DNA of 53,050 bases, counting the filler, from Dendrobates tinctorius (Eukaryota), in assembly GCF_039654945.1 (NCBI RefSeq). It is 6 parts of 6 records of this genome, joined end to end, with 100 filler letters (N's around TTAATTAATTAA, not from the genome) between each part and the next. Parts side by side here need not be neighbours in the genome. Positions count along the whole stretch, not along the records: positions 1 to 12,705 come from NW_027361806.1; 5 more parts are not named here. One strand, 5' to 3'. Below are positions 1 through 12,805 of this stretch, one piece after another. Every line of letters starts with the position of its first letter. Within the stretch, counting starts at the first letter, position 1. The position numbers and the translations under genes were made by a program. Below the pieces are notes generated by a model that was not told the DNA's origin, made no database searches, and worked only from the letters and a program-made list of their open reading frames with translations.

Positions 1-1001
1 TCCATCTGTCCGTCCACTCACCTATCCATCCCATAGACTTGTAAGGGTGCAAGTGAACTCAGTCTCGCTGCCAATCGCATGCTGCCATTGTTCTCTCATA
101 CCAAATCGGCATGAGAAAATAATCATAGATATGAGTTGCCCCATAGAATAACACTGGGTCGAGTGCTATGCGATGTTTTATCATCTAGCGCGATGGCGTG
201 TCTCCGGACTGAGGGGTAAAGTGTTCTTCTTCTATGGTGCCAGTAAAGTCACTGCTCCCTTATTTTTTTAAGAGGATTTTTATATTTTTTTAACTCGTTT
301 AATTGAAATATAAGAAACATCAGGGTAACAATGTATCGCACAGATGGAGCTGGCCCCAGCAAACAAATATTTCAAATATGAAGGAGGTCAAAAAGTGCAA
401 GAACAGCAGCTAAAATAACTGAGACATAATTATAAAGAGTCAACAAAGGAAATGAAAATCAATAGACAGGTGAATATTACCTGACGCTCCTAATGAGAGT
501 TATCCGATTCTCCAAAGACAAACATTTATATTTAATTTAGTGAAATTTTCCATGTGATATGAGAAGCTGCGGACTGCAGATCCCCCTGTAACACACGATG
601 GGGCAGAATACGGGGTCCGTGGAAGGATGGCATCCATCTGTGTCAGGCAGAGAAGCCGCCCACAGCCGGGCTGCAATGTGCCGCTCTTAAACAATGAGAA
701 AATTACCTTAATTTACAGTTATCATGTCGTCTGGTTTCTGTGATTTCACTTTTTTTTTTTTTTTATTAATGAAGAAAATTGTTTGGTTGAAATTAAACTT
801 TCAATGATCCAGAAAAATCCAGATACAAATACTTGTCATAGCCTGGAGAAATGAAAACCATGCGCTTGGGTCTATATAAAGTAGTGGACGATTCCTACAA
901 CCTCTTCCCAATGGGGCCAGTTTTTGTTTTAACACTTTCTTTTCCTCCCCTCCTTCCCAGACCCAGAACTTTTTCACTTTTCCTTCGACATATCTGTATA
1001 A

Positions 1002-2154
1002 GGCCGGTTTCACACGTCAGTGTCTCCGGTACGTGTAGTGACAGTTTCCTCACGTACCGGAGACACTGACACACGTAGACACATTAAAATGAATGTGTCT
1101 CTGCACGTCAGCGTGTTTTCAAGGACTCACGTAAAACACGGAGGCATGTCAGTGTTTGTGAGAGCGCACGGTCCGCAAAATGTGCTGAACAGGCACAAGG
1201 AGAACAGTTCACACTCTCCTCCATTCTCACGGATGGCCGCCGGAAGAAGCGCTACTGTAAGCGCTGTTCCCCGGCGGCCGGTGCTGAATGCGGCTGTCAT
1301 TCTTCTCTCCTGCTCTGCCAGCAGCAGCGAGCAGGAGAGAAGAATGAATGAAAACCCGATGTGGGTTCCCCCTCTGTTTGTGAACCAACCAGACGAAACT
1401 TACAGCTGGTGGCTGCTATTTTCAGGCTGGTAAGGGGCCATTGATCTTGGCCCTCCGCAGCCTAAAAACAGCAGCCCCCAGCTGCCCAGAAAAGGCGCAT
1501 CTATTACCTGCACCTATTCTGGAGCTTTGTCGAATTCTTCCCACTTGCCCTGTAGCATTGCAAGGTGACATTAAGCCCGGATTAGTAATGGAGAGGTGTC
1601 AATAAGATTACTAATCCTAGAGTTATTCAAGGGTTAAATAAACACACACACTCAATAAGAACAAAGTATTTTAATGAAGAATACACTGCACACAGTGTTT
1701 AAATCTTTATTATACTCCTAATTCCAAAACGCACCGTCGTTCTCCTGTAGAAAAGTATAAAATAATAAACCAACAATATCCATACCTGTCCGGCGATCAG
1801 TCACGTCCCACGACGTAATCCATCTCAGGGGTTAATCAGTTTACAGGCGGAGTGCTGCTAATGCGACCGCTCTGACTGTAAACTACTGGGGAATGAATGG
1901 AAGCAACCAGCGCATGCTCAGTAACTAGCGGTGACGTCACAGAGCCTGTGCACGCTGCTTCTCATTGACAATGACAGCTGCGTTCAGCACCAGCCGCCGG
2001 GGAACAGCTCTTACTGTAGCGCCTCTTCCCCGGCGGCCGCCCCTGTGGTCCTGATGCGGCTCACGTGCGGCACACGGAGGTACCATGTATCCACACGGAC
2101 ACATGGACATGAATAGCTCTGGTACCGGAATTGTCTGGACGTGTGAGACCGGCC
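1002..2154. mobile_element. Non-autonomous PIF/Harbinger-type element
   Basis: TIRs GGCCGGTTTCACACGTC ... GACGTGTGAGACCGGCC with a TAA duplication (999-1001, 2155-2157). Internal sequence resembles 28080-28800 in reverse orientation. Confidence 0.85.
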
Positions 2155-3625
2155 TAAAGGTTTGTTTATAGATGGACGAGTTGTAGTTTTGAATGAAACC
2201 TTTCCCTTTACCATATAATGACCAAAAACTGGAAAATAAAATCTAAGTGGGATGAAACGCTAAAAAGATGGAAGTCAGTTATAGTTTTTTTTTTTGCTTT
2301 TACAATAAAAAGACCATAATTCACCAAATCAGTACTATTATGGTGATAACAAACTAACTTAGTATTCTTATATTTTACTGTTTTGTATTTATATCATCAC
2401 TGTCAAAAACTGTGATTTGTGTCACCATTTCCTAAGGCCATAACGTTTTTAGATTTCTATCGATGGAGCTGTATGAAGGCTTGTTTCTTGTTCCTTGGGT
2501 TGCAAACTGTAGTTTTTAGTACTATGAATTTGTGGTACATGCACCTTTTTAATTACTCGGCATTCCACTTATTTATTTGGATCTGGATCGCAGTTGACTC
2601 TTTAGTTTTGTAAAGCGGTCGCAGCAGTAAGGTGGTTTGATGGGCACCGATTTAATCCCCATTTATCAATATTGACCCATTTGACCTATTTTGCTGACCC
2701 GTAGAGTGATCCTCAATGTGGCTGCAACCACAGGACAATTCCCTCTCGTGATGACCTGAAGCCACCGTAAACAGCAAATTTCACAGATGAAGATTCGCAG
2801 ATTCATCGTTGTGTCTCTGAACTGAACTGAGACTTTTTGGCTTTTATTGTGAAGAAATCATAGTAAATTCAGTATAAATAAATAATAAAATGTCCTCCGA
2901 ACCCGTAGAAATGATTAGGCTGAAATCTAAAGTAAAAAATTAGTTTAGGGAAGAGTTATGAGTTTTCATCCTAATTGGATTCCCAAGGTGTGGAGTAATT
3001 AACTATGGAGAGGAATATTCGGAAATTTAATTATAAATATCAATGTGGAAATAAACAATAAGATACAAAGTAGCTGTCATGAATTAGTTTCGGATTTTCC
3101 AGCAGCCGAGTCTAGTAAACAGAATTGGAGTCAACGGTTCATCTAACATTTCCTCCGACCTCCAACAATACCGCTCTTAGTGTTTCCTTAAGGAGCTTGG
3201 TATGATATTGGTACAAATAATGTTAAAAGCTCAATTGCCAAAGATATTTATTGTTCCCGTCTATAATTGTAAAATGATTCATCCCCAGTGGAAATTCAGT
3301 CTGTTACAGAAATGTATACACAATAAATCAGTGAAACTAAAGTAGCAATGACTGGCACACACATTGGCACTCAAGGAGCCTAAGGGGGCAATAGATGACA
3401 ATGCTGTGCCCATAGGACATTCTTTGTCCTTTAGTGCCTTTCTGCCCACTGCCCTCATTCTGCACTATGCTCATACATACGTTCCACACTTAGTGTCCTT
3501 TTTTCAGTTCCTATCTGTCTCTAAGAATTTTCTGAACTCTGTGCCAATTTGCCATTTTTTACTCATCCATAAAAGTAATGAATGACAATTTGGCATGGAA
3601 AGGAAGGCCCCTAAAGGAGCAATAA

Positions 3626-4295
3626 TGTCATGAGCTGGTCATGTCCTCCTGGGAGAACTGGAGGTAGACGATCACTACGTATTGTGAGTCGTAAATCTTC
3701 CATTTATCCTGTGTATTTGTGTCCCATATCAAATAGATTTTGTTTCCTTTGATGCTGAAGAGGTTAACGACCCTTTCTATGCTGGTCAGAAACTTGCAGC
3801 TCCATTTTCACCTGCTTCTGATCTGGTCATTACCTCTCCCTATAAAACTTGGCCAGATCCTTTCTGTCTTGCCAGTGGAAGCTTTTGCTTCCTAGCTCTT
3901 TGAAGATGCTGTGCTCAATTGGAGATTGATCGTTGTTGCCCCTGGAAATTGTTGCATGCTGTTTTTGGGTGTATGCTTTTCTCATTGTCCTGTTCCCATT
4001 TGGTTGGTACAGTCCTATCCTTTCATATATACTCGTACCTCTCCACCTTTGATGAGTGTTTGTATGATTTTTGCTTTCTGTGATTCCTGTTTTGTCTTTG
4101 TGCCTTGTACATTTCTACACAAAGATTCATAGGGTGGGGGAGGGGACAGATCAGGGTTTAATAGGAGCATAGTAAGGTCGGAGACTCAGGCCTCTGTACC
4201 TTCCAGAGCACCCCAAGGTCAGGGATACTTAGGGTCCCAGTTCCAGAGACAGTTTGATGCCCTTCTTCCTTACCGAAAACCGTCAGAGTGTGACA
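3626..4295 (+). mobile_element. Solo LTR (gypsy-like)
   Basis: TGTCA...TGACA termini, exact 5-bp TSD AATAA (3621-3625, 4296-4300), internal TATAAAA near 3841. Confidence 0.85.
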
Positions 4296-5574
4296 AATAA
4301 ATGGCAAATGGGCGCGAAGTTGGGGGGGAACCTGTAGACCCCTTTTGATGTTAATTACCTTTTTGGGAGAGGAGGCTGCTAAAGAGGAATAAGTGGAAAG
4401 TGGGCATTAATTGGGCACTGAACAAAAGGGAACTAAAGGGGCAATGAATGGCAAATGGGCAGAGAGTGGGCACTGAACACAAAGGCAATAAATGGAAAAA
4501 TGGGCATATAGTTCAGTGCCCATTTCCTGCCCCCTTGGTATCATCTAGTGAGTGACCCCTTTCTGCCCATCTGTTGTTCATTTACTTTTTAGTGCTTTTC
4601 TCGTCAGCGCCCAGTCAGTCTTCATTTACCTTTCAATGCCCCTTTTAACAGAAGGGTACTAAAAAAGCAATCACCGTTATGTAAGCACTTGGAAGGAGTG
4701 GAATTTTGTGCCAATTTACAAGTTTTTGCCCCTTTAGTGTCCTTCTGCTCCGTGCCCTCTTTCTGCCAGTGTTACTGCCATCATTACACATTTCAACTCA
4801 TTAATTTGTTTATACGGCTTGACTTTTGGCAAAGTTTCTCGGTACGCTCACTTTATTTCCCCGGTTCGCTGTGACTTCAGCGAGGAGAGAAGCGTCTGGC
4901 GCTTACTGGCATGAGAATCCCTTGGAGAGCCGTGCTCTGCATTATTGCCGTCTGCGGATGATTTTAATTTTCAGATGATTTTTGATGCTGATGTCACAGA
5001 GATTACAGTCATTGCTACATCCAGTGGCTCCAATTATAAAGTGCTCCTCTCCGCCCGTGGTAGCATTTCATGGGTTATGTTGGGTTACACATTGGTTTCA
5101 GTTACTGATAGACTTTTTGGGGTCATCGGAGTCTTTCGGTCACCTTTATATCTTGGTATAATCCCTATTTTATGACATAGAGTTTGACTCAAAATTGCAT
5201 TTGTACAAAAATATTTGAAGAATTATAAAGAGTCAAACATCCGGGAACCGCCTGCAACTTTTACAAAATGTCTGCTTTTTTCTGCAGGGCACGATGCAGA
5301 CGGTGATGAACAGTTCTCTTCCTTTGCTTCTTCTTTTCAAATTCTCCATCTGATTTCGCTGAATTTGTGATTCTCCATCACCACAGGCACACATCTAATT
5401 AAAGTGATTGTGCTGGATTAAAAAAACATGGCTCCCTCTAAAAACAGCATCAGTCCTGTCTAAAAGAGTTATTAAATTTTGAGATTTTTTTTTAGATGCG
5501 GCCCTTAAAGTATGAGCGTAATGGTGGGTGACCGAGTCCTAAGACCCTTGACTGTTGCTCAAAATACCTTCTAG

Positions 5575-7255
5575 AAGAGCACAGCTCAAGAGAGAGGAGC
5601 ATACAACTCAGGAAATAAAAGCGCACAGGTCAGGAGAGATGAGCGCACAGGTCAGGAGAGAGGAGCGCACAGGTCAGGAGAGGGGAGCGCACAGGTCAGG
5701 AGAGGGGAGCGCACAGGTCAGAAGAGAAGAGGATACAAGTCAGGAGAGAGGAGCGCACGTTCAGGGAGCAGTGGAGCACAACTCAGGATATGGGAGCGCA
5801 CATGTCAGGCGAGAGGAGCGCACAGTTCAGGAGAGAGGAGCGCACAGTACAGGAGAGAGGAGCGCACAGCTCAGGAGAGAGCAGCGCACAGCTCAGGAGA
5901 GAGGAGGGCACAGCTCAGGAGAGAGCAGCGCACAGCTCAGGAGAGAGGAGTGCACAGCTCAGGAGAGAGGAGTGCACAGCTCAGGAGAGAGGAGTGCACA
6001 GCTCAGGAGAGATGAGCGCACAGGTCAGGAGAGAGGAGCGCACAGCTCAGGAGAGAGGAGTGCACAGGTCAGGAGAGAGGAGCGCACAGGTCAGGAGAGG
6101 GGAGCGCACAGGTCAGGAGAGAGGAGCGCACAGGTCAGGAGAGGGGAGCGCACAGGTCAGGAGAGAGGAGCGCACAAGTCAGAAGAGAGGAGCACACAGG
6201 TCAGGATAGAGGAGGGCACAGGTCAGGAGAGAAGAGCGCACAGGTCAGGGAGCAGTGGAGCAAAACTCAGGATATGGGAGCGTACAACTCAGGAGAGAGC
6301 AGCGCACATGTCAGTAGAGAGGAGCGCACAGCTCAGGAGAGAGGACCGCACAGGTCAGGGATCAGTGGAACACAACTCAGGATATGGGAGCGTACAGCTC
6401 AGGAGAGAGGAGCGCACAGCTCAGGAGAGAAGAGCGCACAGCTCAGGAGAGAGGAGCGCACAGCTCAGAAGAGAGCAGCGCACAGCTCAGGAGAGAGCAG
6501 CGCACAGCTCAGGAGAGAGCAGCGCACAAGTCAGGAGAGAGGAGCGCACAGCTCAGGAGAGAGGAGCACACAGCTCAGGAGAGAGGAGTTCACAGGTCAG
6601 GAGAGAGGAGCGTGCAGCTCAGGAGAGTGGAGCGCACAGCTCAGGAGAGAGGAGCGCACAGTTCAGGAGAGAGGAGCGCACAGCTCAGGAGAGAGGAGGG
6701 CACAGCTCAGGAGAGAGGAGCTCACAGCTCAGGAGAGAGGAGCGCACAGCTCAGGAGAGAGGAGCGCACAGCTCAGGAGAGAGGAGCGCCCAGCTCAGGA
6801 GAGAAGAGCGCACAGCTCAGGAGAGAAGAGCGCACAGCTTAGGAGAGAGGAGCACCCAGCTCAGGAGAGAGGAGCGCACAGCTCAGGAGAGAGGAGCGCA
6901 CAGCTCAGGAGAGAGGAGCGCCCAGCTCAGGAGAGAAGAGTGCACAGCTCAGGAGAGAGGACCTCACAGCTCAGGAGAGAGGAGCGCACAGCTCAGGAGA
7001 GAGGAGCGCCCAGCTCAGGAGAGAAGAGCGCACAGCTCAGGAGAGAAGAGAGCACAGCTCAGGAGAGAGGAGCTCACAGCTCAGGAGAGAGGAGCACCCA
7101 GCTCAGGAGAGAGGAGTGCACAGCTCAGGAGAGAGGAGCGCCCAGCTCAGGAGAGAGGAGTGCACAGCTCAGGAGAGAAGAGTGCACAGCTCAGGAGAGA
7201 GGAGCGCACAGCTCAGGAGAGAGGAGCGCACAGCTCAGGAGAGAGGAGCGCACAT
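5575..7255. repeat. 22-bp minisatellite (AGCTCAGGAGAGAGGAGCGCAC)n
   Basis: Direct tandem copies, more degenerate on the left. The ORF-track proteins repeat every 22 aa (3 units). Confidence 0.95.
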
Positions 7256-8303
7256 TTCCTGCACTCACAGCTATAGGCACACAAGTCATATGCCTTCTAC
7301 CGTATCTGTACGCTGCTGTATGCACGATATTATCTGCTGAACTGCACACATAACATCGGAGCTAAGCGATCTAAGCAGCAACAGCACCTGTCTGTGCCTT
7401 ATACAGCAATGGTGGGGCCCTAAGGGCTGAGGGTCCCCCCTGCTGCACAGATAATGTTTCCCTGTGGAGTGGCAGTGATAAGTGATGGGTTATTTTGCCT
7501 TTTGATGCTGCACAATCACTAATCCCAGAGTTCGGACAGGATTATCTCGTGGGCGCAGTCCCGCGTCATTCCCGTCTATTTAACGTGTATGTGAGTGAAG
7601 TAATCGCATTAGATCTATGATACGTGATTAGCTCTTAGTCCGGGAATATACATATTACATTGTCCAGCAAGTTCACGTTAATAACAATCATCGTCATGGA
7701 AACTCAGCGACGAAGACGAGGGATAACGGCTGCACGTAGCGGTTTATTTACGCCGCTGGTCTCTGTCGCGCACAGCCATGAATCACTCCTGCCCTGTGCT
7801 CACAGCTCACTGGCCTCATGCACACGAAATCATTACCGTCCTGCGATGCGTCAGCAAATGCCCATCATTTACCTACTTATCAGGTAATTTGGGTTTTGTT
7901 TATGCGGCGGAGACTGAAGGCTCCATTTCTGACAGTTCCCCATCGTATAAGTCTGACCTCCGCCGGCGACATAGTCATCGAGCCGCCTTCTGCGCTCCCT
8001 AAAACTCTTACTGGTGTCGGAACAAGAAGAGGTGTTAAAAATAAAAAGTAATTGAGACGCATCTTTAGAGGAAAATGTCCGTGTTTCCGCAAGAAAAACA
8101 ACAACATAATCACAAAACGGTTTTTCTGTTCCCAGCTCGGTAACCCCATCTCTGCCGCGGACAATCTTCATCATTCCGTTTTTTCCTCCTTTTCCTCCGA
8201 GAGCCATAACTTTTATGTCTTTTCATCCATATCGCCGTGCGAGGGCGGGATATGTGCAGGACGAGTTGTAGTGGTCAATGACAATATAGTGAAAAACAGG
8301 AGA

Positions 8304-8401
8304 GAAAAAGAGGGATTTTGGGTCCTTACCGTAAATTCTCTTTCTTGGAGCCTTTATTGGGGGACACAGAATCTGTGTCCCCCAATGAGGCGATAAAGAA
8401 A
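8304..8401 (-). mobile_element. Collapsed DIRS-like remnant (joined inverted termini)
   Basis: Minus strand reads TTTCTTTATCGCCTCATTGGGGGACACAG-ATT-CTGTGTCCCCCAAT...GAATTTACGGTAAGGACCCAAAATCCC, resembling the termini of amphibian DIRS1-like elements. Confidence 0.6.
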
Positions 8402-8989
8402 TTCTAAGTGCAATAAAATGGTGAAAAAAACGTCATTTCCACAATTGTTTTTTTATTTGTGTTTTGACTTTTTGATGTTCATTGTGGGGAAACCTGATTT
8501 TCCAGGTCGGTGCCATTAATACGTATCCTTTTTTTTTTTTACATTTGACACTTTCTGAGACCCGTGATGGATTCCTTTTCCTGTTGCTGCCGCGGTGCGG
8601 GGGGTTTATTAATGTGGGACCAGCCGGTGTTTTCAGTGGTGCCATTTTAGGGTATATACAACGTTTTGATCACTTTTTATTTCATTTTTTTTATGGAGAT
8701 ACAATAAGTTGGCAGCTGAAAATCAGCCGTTCCGGTCTTTGTTTTTGTGCTCTGTAAGTCGTTCTCTGCACCGACTAATTCATTGTATATTGTGAAATGG
8801 CCATGACTTAGATGTGACGCGGGTGCGGTGAGAAATGGGGCAGCTGCCCTGAAAAACAACCCTGTTCATTACTCCTGAAGAAGCCTTGGCAATTACGCTT
8901 TATCCATATCATCCGGGCGGGATCTAGGGGTTGGCAAACTGGGCAACTACCCAAGGACTTCATTTCCTATGGCGTCCTCAGAGAACAGT

Positions 8990-9700
8990 AACCCTAGGGA
9001 CACCTGAATTTACCCTTCACCACCGTAGACCACCTGAGAATATTACACTACTCTAGACCACCAGGGAATTTTGAACTTGGACCACCAGGGAATTTTCAGT
9101 TAAACTTTACACTATTCTAGACCACCAGGGAATATTCACTTAACCCTTACACAACCCTAGACCACCAGGGAAATTTCAGCCAACCCTTTGACTACCCTAG
9201 ATTTCTAGGATATTTTTAACTAACCCTTTTATAACTCAAGATCACCTGAGAATTTTCAGTTTAAACCTAATTCTTTCATAACCCTAGACTACCAGGGAAT
9301 TTTCAGTTAACCATAGAATATTAAGGCATTTTAAGTTGACCCTTTGATTACACTAGACCACCAGGAAATTTTCAGTTAACCATACAATATTAAAGCATTT
9401 TAAGTTGACCCTTTGATTACACTAGACCACCAGGAAATTTTCAGTTAACCTTCACACTTCCCTAGACCACCAGGGGATTTTCAGTCAACCTTTAAAATGT
9501 ACCCTAGACCACCAGGGGATTTTCAATCAACCATTTCATTACCTGGGAAAACCAGGACGTTTTCAGTTAACCCTTACACTATTCTAGAGCCCTGGGAATG
9601 TTCTGTTAACTCGTACTCTACCCTAAAACACTAGAAAATTTTCAGTTGACCCTCAGATCACCAGGGAATTTTCAGTTAAACCTTTCATTATCCTAAAACA
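8990..9700. repeat. Degenerate ~42-bp tandem repeat (CTAGACCACCAGGGAATTTTCAGTTAACCCTT core)
   Basis: The core recurs roughly 15 times with substitutions and indels. Confidence 0.85.
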
Positions 9701-10080
9701 CAACTAAATATGAATTTATGTAGAGGAACTGTCTAAGTATAACAAGGTGGGGGGATGACTTTATATGCATTTTATATTAAACATTTAGTAGTTGTGTTTT
9801 TTCACTCTTCATCACAAGTTGGGAAGAGATCTGAGAGATCTGTCTGCAGTCAAGACTTGGTACCAGATCTGATTTTCTGATTGAACCGATCGATGTTGAC
9901 TTTCCTAGAGTCTGCACTAATATTGTAAAGCGGACATCTGCTGCACGAGCGAGCGAGGACTAGACATGTGCGCGCAATAAATAAGCCTCCCACCTGGACT
10001 AGCTTTGTCTTCCTTGTGATATGTTGGAGAAAATAACTGAATATAGAATTATGTGAAATGATCAATGTTTGGCAATAATT

Positions 10081-10172
10081 GAATCATAGAATCATAGAAT
10101 CATAGAATCGTAGAGTTGGAAGGGACCTCCTGGGCCATCTGGTCCAACCCCCTGCTCAAAGCAGGATTCGCT
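10081..10172 (-). mobile_element. CR1 LINE 3' tail fragment
   Basis: (ATCATAGA)n followed by GTTGGAAGGGACC is the reverse complement of the CR1 3' end with its (TTCTATGA)n octamer tail. Confidence 0.8.
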
Positions 10173-10348
10173 AAATTGGCCCTTTTCCTCTAGATTTTCT
10201 AGGTTTTCGTCCTTTTCTTGTTCTAGTTTTTTTTTTTTTTTAGATATTCTGATGTCAGTCCCTATGATGAACCTTATTTATGAATTCTTCACTGCATTCT
10301 GATGATGCATTGAGCACTCTGATACATCTGTAGGCAGTAAGCTGCTGA

Positions 10349-10362
10349 GCGCCATCTAGTGG
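10349..10362 (-). promoter_or_regulatory. CTCF-like motif
   Basis: GCGCCATCTAGTGG, whose reverse complement CCACTAGATGGCGC fits the CTCF core consensus. Motif match only. Confidence 0.5.
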
Positions 10363-11584
10363 TGAGTACAGGAAGATGGAATTTTAATATTTTTTTGAGC
10401 AGGGGATTTTTAGCTTTATGTCTGAGAAATGCAGCTACGATTGCTTCAAAGATATTAAGAAACTAATCAGCCCAGACTGCTGGACGCAGAGATCTCATGA
10501 TATTAAAAGGTGGACGTTTCCCTCAAGCAAATAATCAGCACAGACAAACACTATGTGACAAGTTTTCACTTCTGATTTGCTCTGATTCCAGGGTTCAGTT
10601 TCTAATATTTTCCAGTGATCTCATTATTTTTATTTTGGAAATGTCACATCGTTCCCAGCTTGACGCTAATACACCTCGGCAGATACTCTCCGACTCAGCA
10701 CTGATCCCAGCGAGATTTCACTTCTATAAATGGAATTCTAAAACTTATGGAATGTTCACCATTTCTTTCTGTATCAAAATTCGATTTGTATTTATAGGGG
10801 AATTTGTGGCAGGAAACCCAGGCTAAACCTTAGATTTCTGCTTTGGATTTTGCAGTTTCCACATTTAGCGTAGTCCTGATTCAATGAGGCGTGGCTACCA
10901 CGTGAACCCTAAAATTTGCAGAAAATTTTGGGGGTGCATTTAATTAAGAAATTATGTAATTGACACCATGCAAAATATTCCCAGTGCATTTACTTCAATG
11001 GGAGCTGAGCTGCAGTACCAAGAACCACCACTACACAGTATATGGCGCTGTGCTTCTCGACTCTACACACTGTATGCATTCTGCCTCCATGGGTCCTGGC
11101 TAAAAGCTGACCGAGGGGAGAGGGTGCCATCATGTGTCCGACCCCCACCAGTCTGATATTCTTGACCTATTCGGGGAATTATTACAGTTTTGTATGGTCA
11201 TATTGTTTTGATACTGCTTATGATTTGGCCACTATATGGTGCTGTTACATGGGATGTGTGACACTATTATGTGGGCAATCTATGCTGCGTTACGGCTATA
11301 CTGAACGGGAGTATTATTTAACTAATATATGGTGATATTATATGAACATTGAATGGAAATTTCACCAGCATCGAATGGCGGTGTTATTTTTTCAAAAAAG
11401 GTAGTATAATTTGGATACTATATGGAGGTATTAGGTAGGCATTGATGGTATTATTGAGATGCCACATGTCTGTATGGTGTTGGCATCGTATGAAAACATG
11501 ATTTGCTATTGTATGGCAGTGTCAAGGTAAGGCGTGCTCATTTGTTATAATACCAGTTGTGTTTTTGCTGGAAATGTTCATCTA

Positions 11585-12497
11585 CAGGTGCATCTCACAG
11601 AATTAGAATATCATCAAAAAGTGAATTTATTTCTGTTCTTCACTACAAAAAAGTGACTCTCCTCTATTCTATAGAGTCATTACACACAGAGTGATCTATT
11701 CCACGGGTTTATTTCTCTTAATGTTGATGATTATGGCTTACAGCCAATGAAAACCCAAAAGTCATTATCTCAGGAAATTAGAATAATCAACAATAAACCC
11801 CTGTACAGGCTCCAAAGCGTTTATAAAGGTCCCTTAGTCTGTTTCAGTAGCTCCACAATCATGGGGAAGACTGCTGACCTGACAGATGTCCGGAAGGAAG
11901 TCACTGACACTCTCCACAAGGAGGGGAAGCCACAAAAGGTCATTGCTAAAGAAGCCGGCTGTTCACAGAGTGCTGTATCCAAGAATATTAATGGAGAGTG
12001 GAGTGGAAGGGAAAAGTGTGGTAGAAAAAGGAGCACAAGCAACCGGGATAACCGCAGCCTGGAAAGGATTGTTAAGAAAAGCCATTCAAAAATTAGGGGA
12101 AATTCACAAGGAGTGGACTGCTGCTGGACTCATTGCTTCACACCACACACAGACGTATCCAGGACATGGGCTACAAGTGTCACATTCCTTGTGTCAGCCA
12201 CTCATGACCAATAGACAACACCAGAAGCATCTTACCTGGGTCAAGGAGGAAAAGAACCGAACTGTGGTCAGTGGTCCAAGGTGTTGTTTTCAGATGAAAG
12301 TAAATTTTGCATTTCATTTAGAAATCGCGGTCCCAGAGTCTGGAGGAAGAGTGGAGAGGCCACAATCCAAGCTGCTGGAGGTCTAGTGTGAAGTCTCCAC
12401 CATCAGTGATGGTTTGGGGAGCCATGTCATCTGCTGGTGTAGCTCCACTGTGTTTTATCAAGACCAAAGTCAGCTCAGCCGTCTACCAGGACATTTT
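11585..12497 (+). mobile_element. Decayed Tc1 transposon, 5' part
   Basis: TA|CAGGTGCATCTC terminus. HTH start MGKTADLTDVRKEVTDTLHKEGKPQKVIAKEAGCSQSAVSK, then frameshifted FSDES and VMVWGAMS motifs. Interrupted by a MITE. Confidence 0.88.
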
Positions 12498-12498
12498 A

Positions 12499-12705
12499 GG
12501 CTATGTGCACACGCTGCAGTTTTTGCTTCGGTCCCGCTGTGGTTTTGGCCGCAGCAGTTCTGCAGACAGCGTACAGTAGCATGTTATCCTATGGGACTTA
12601 CATTCTGCTGTGCACATGCTGCGGATTTTTAACTGCGGAAAAGCTGCGGTTTTGAATCCGCAGAAAGAAATGACATGTCAATTCTTTTCTGCGGATTCTG
12701 CTGCA
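12499..12705. mobile_element. Harbinger-type MITE left end (GGCTATGTGCACAC family), cut by segment end
   Basis: TTA|GGCTATGTGCACAC, the same terminus as at 26067. Confidence 0.65.
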
Positions 12706-12805
12706 NNNNNNNNNNNNNNNNNNNNNNNNNNNNNNNNNNNNNNNNNNNNTTAATTAATTAANNNNNNNNNNNNNNNNNNNNNNNNNNNNNNNNNNNNNNN
12801 NNNNN
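12706..12805. other. Artificial contig linker
   Basis: 44 N + TTAATTAATTAA (stop codons in all six frames) + 44 N. Confidence 0.97.

Noticed and set aside
280-700. Possible L1/Tx1 3' end on the minus strand
   Set aside because: Only a T-rich tail and a vague C-terminal resemblance; there are no diagnostic motifs.
5555-7353. 573-aa and 359-aa R/E-rich ORFs
   Set aside because: They are translations of a 22-bp minisatellite that is open in several frames, with no splice or domain support.
8874-8910. CTGAAGA-AGCC-TT-GGC hammerhead-like start
   Set aside because: No GAAA follows the stem, so the core is incomplete. The same holds for CTGATGA at ~10298 and ~26592.
8990-9700. CRISPR-like repeat-spacer array
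   Set aside because: The intervening parts are short and related to each other, the repeats are degenerate, the context is eukaryotic and no cas genes are present. The same applies to the 32-bp and 43-bp arrays.
12750-12761. Recurrent TTAATTAATTAA as a biological motif
   Set aside because: It is always centred in 44+44 N, so it is a synthetic stop linker.
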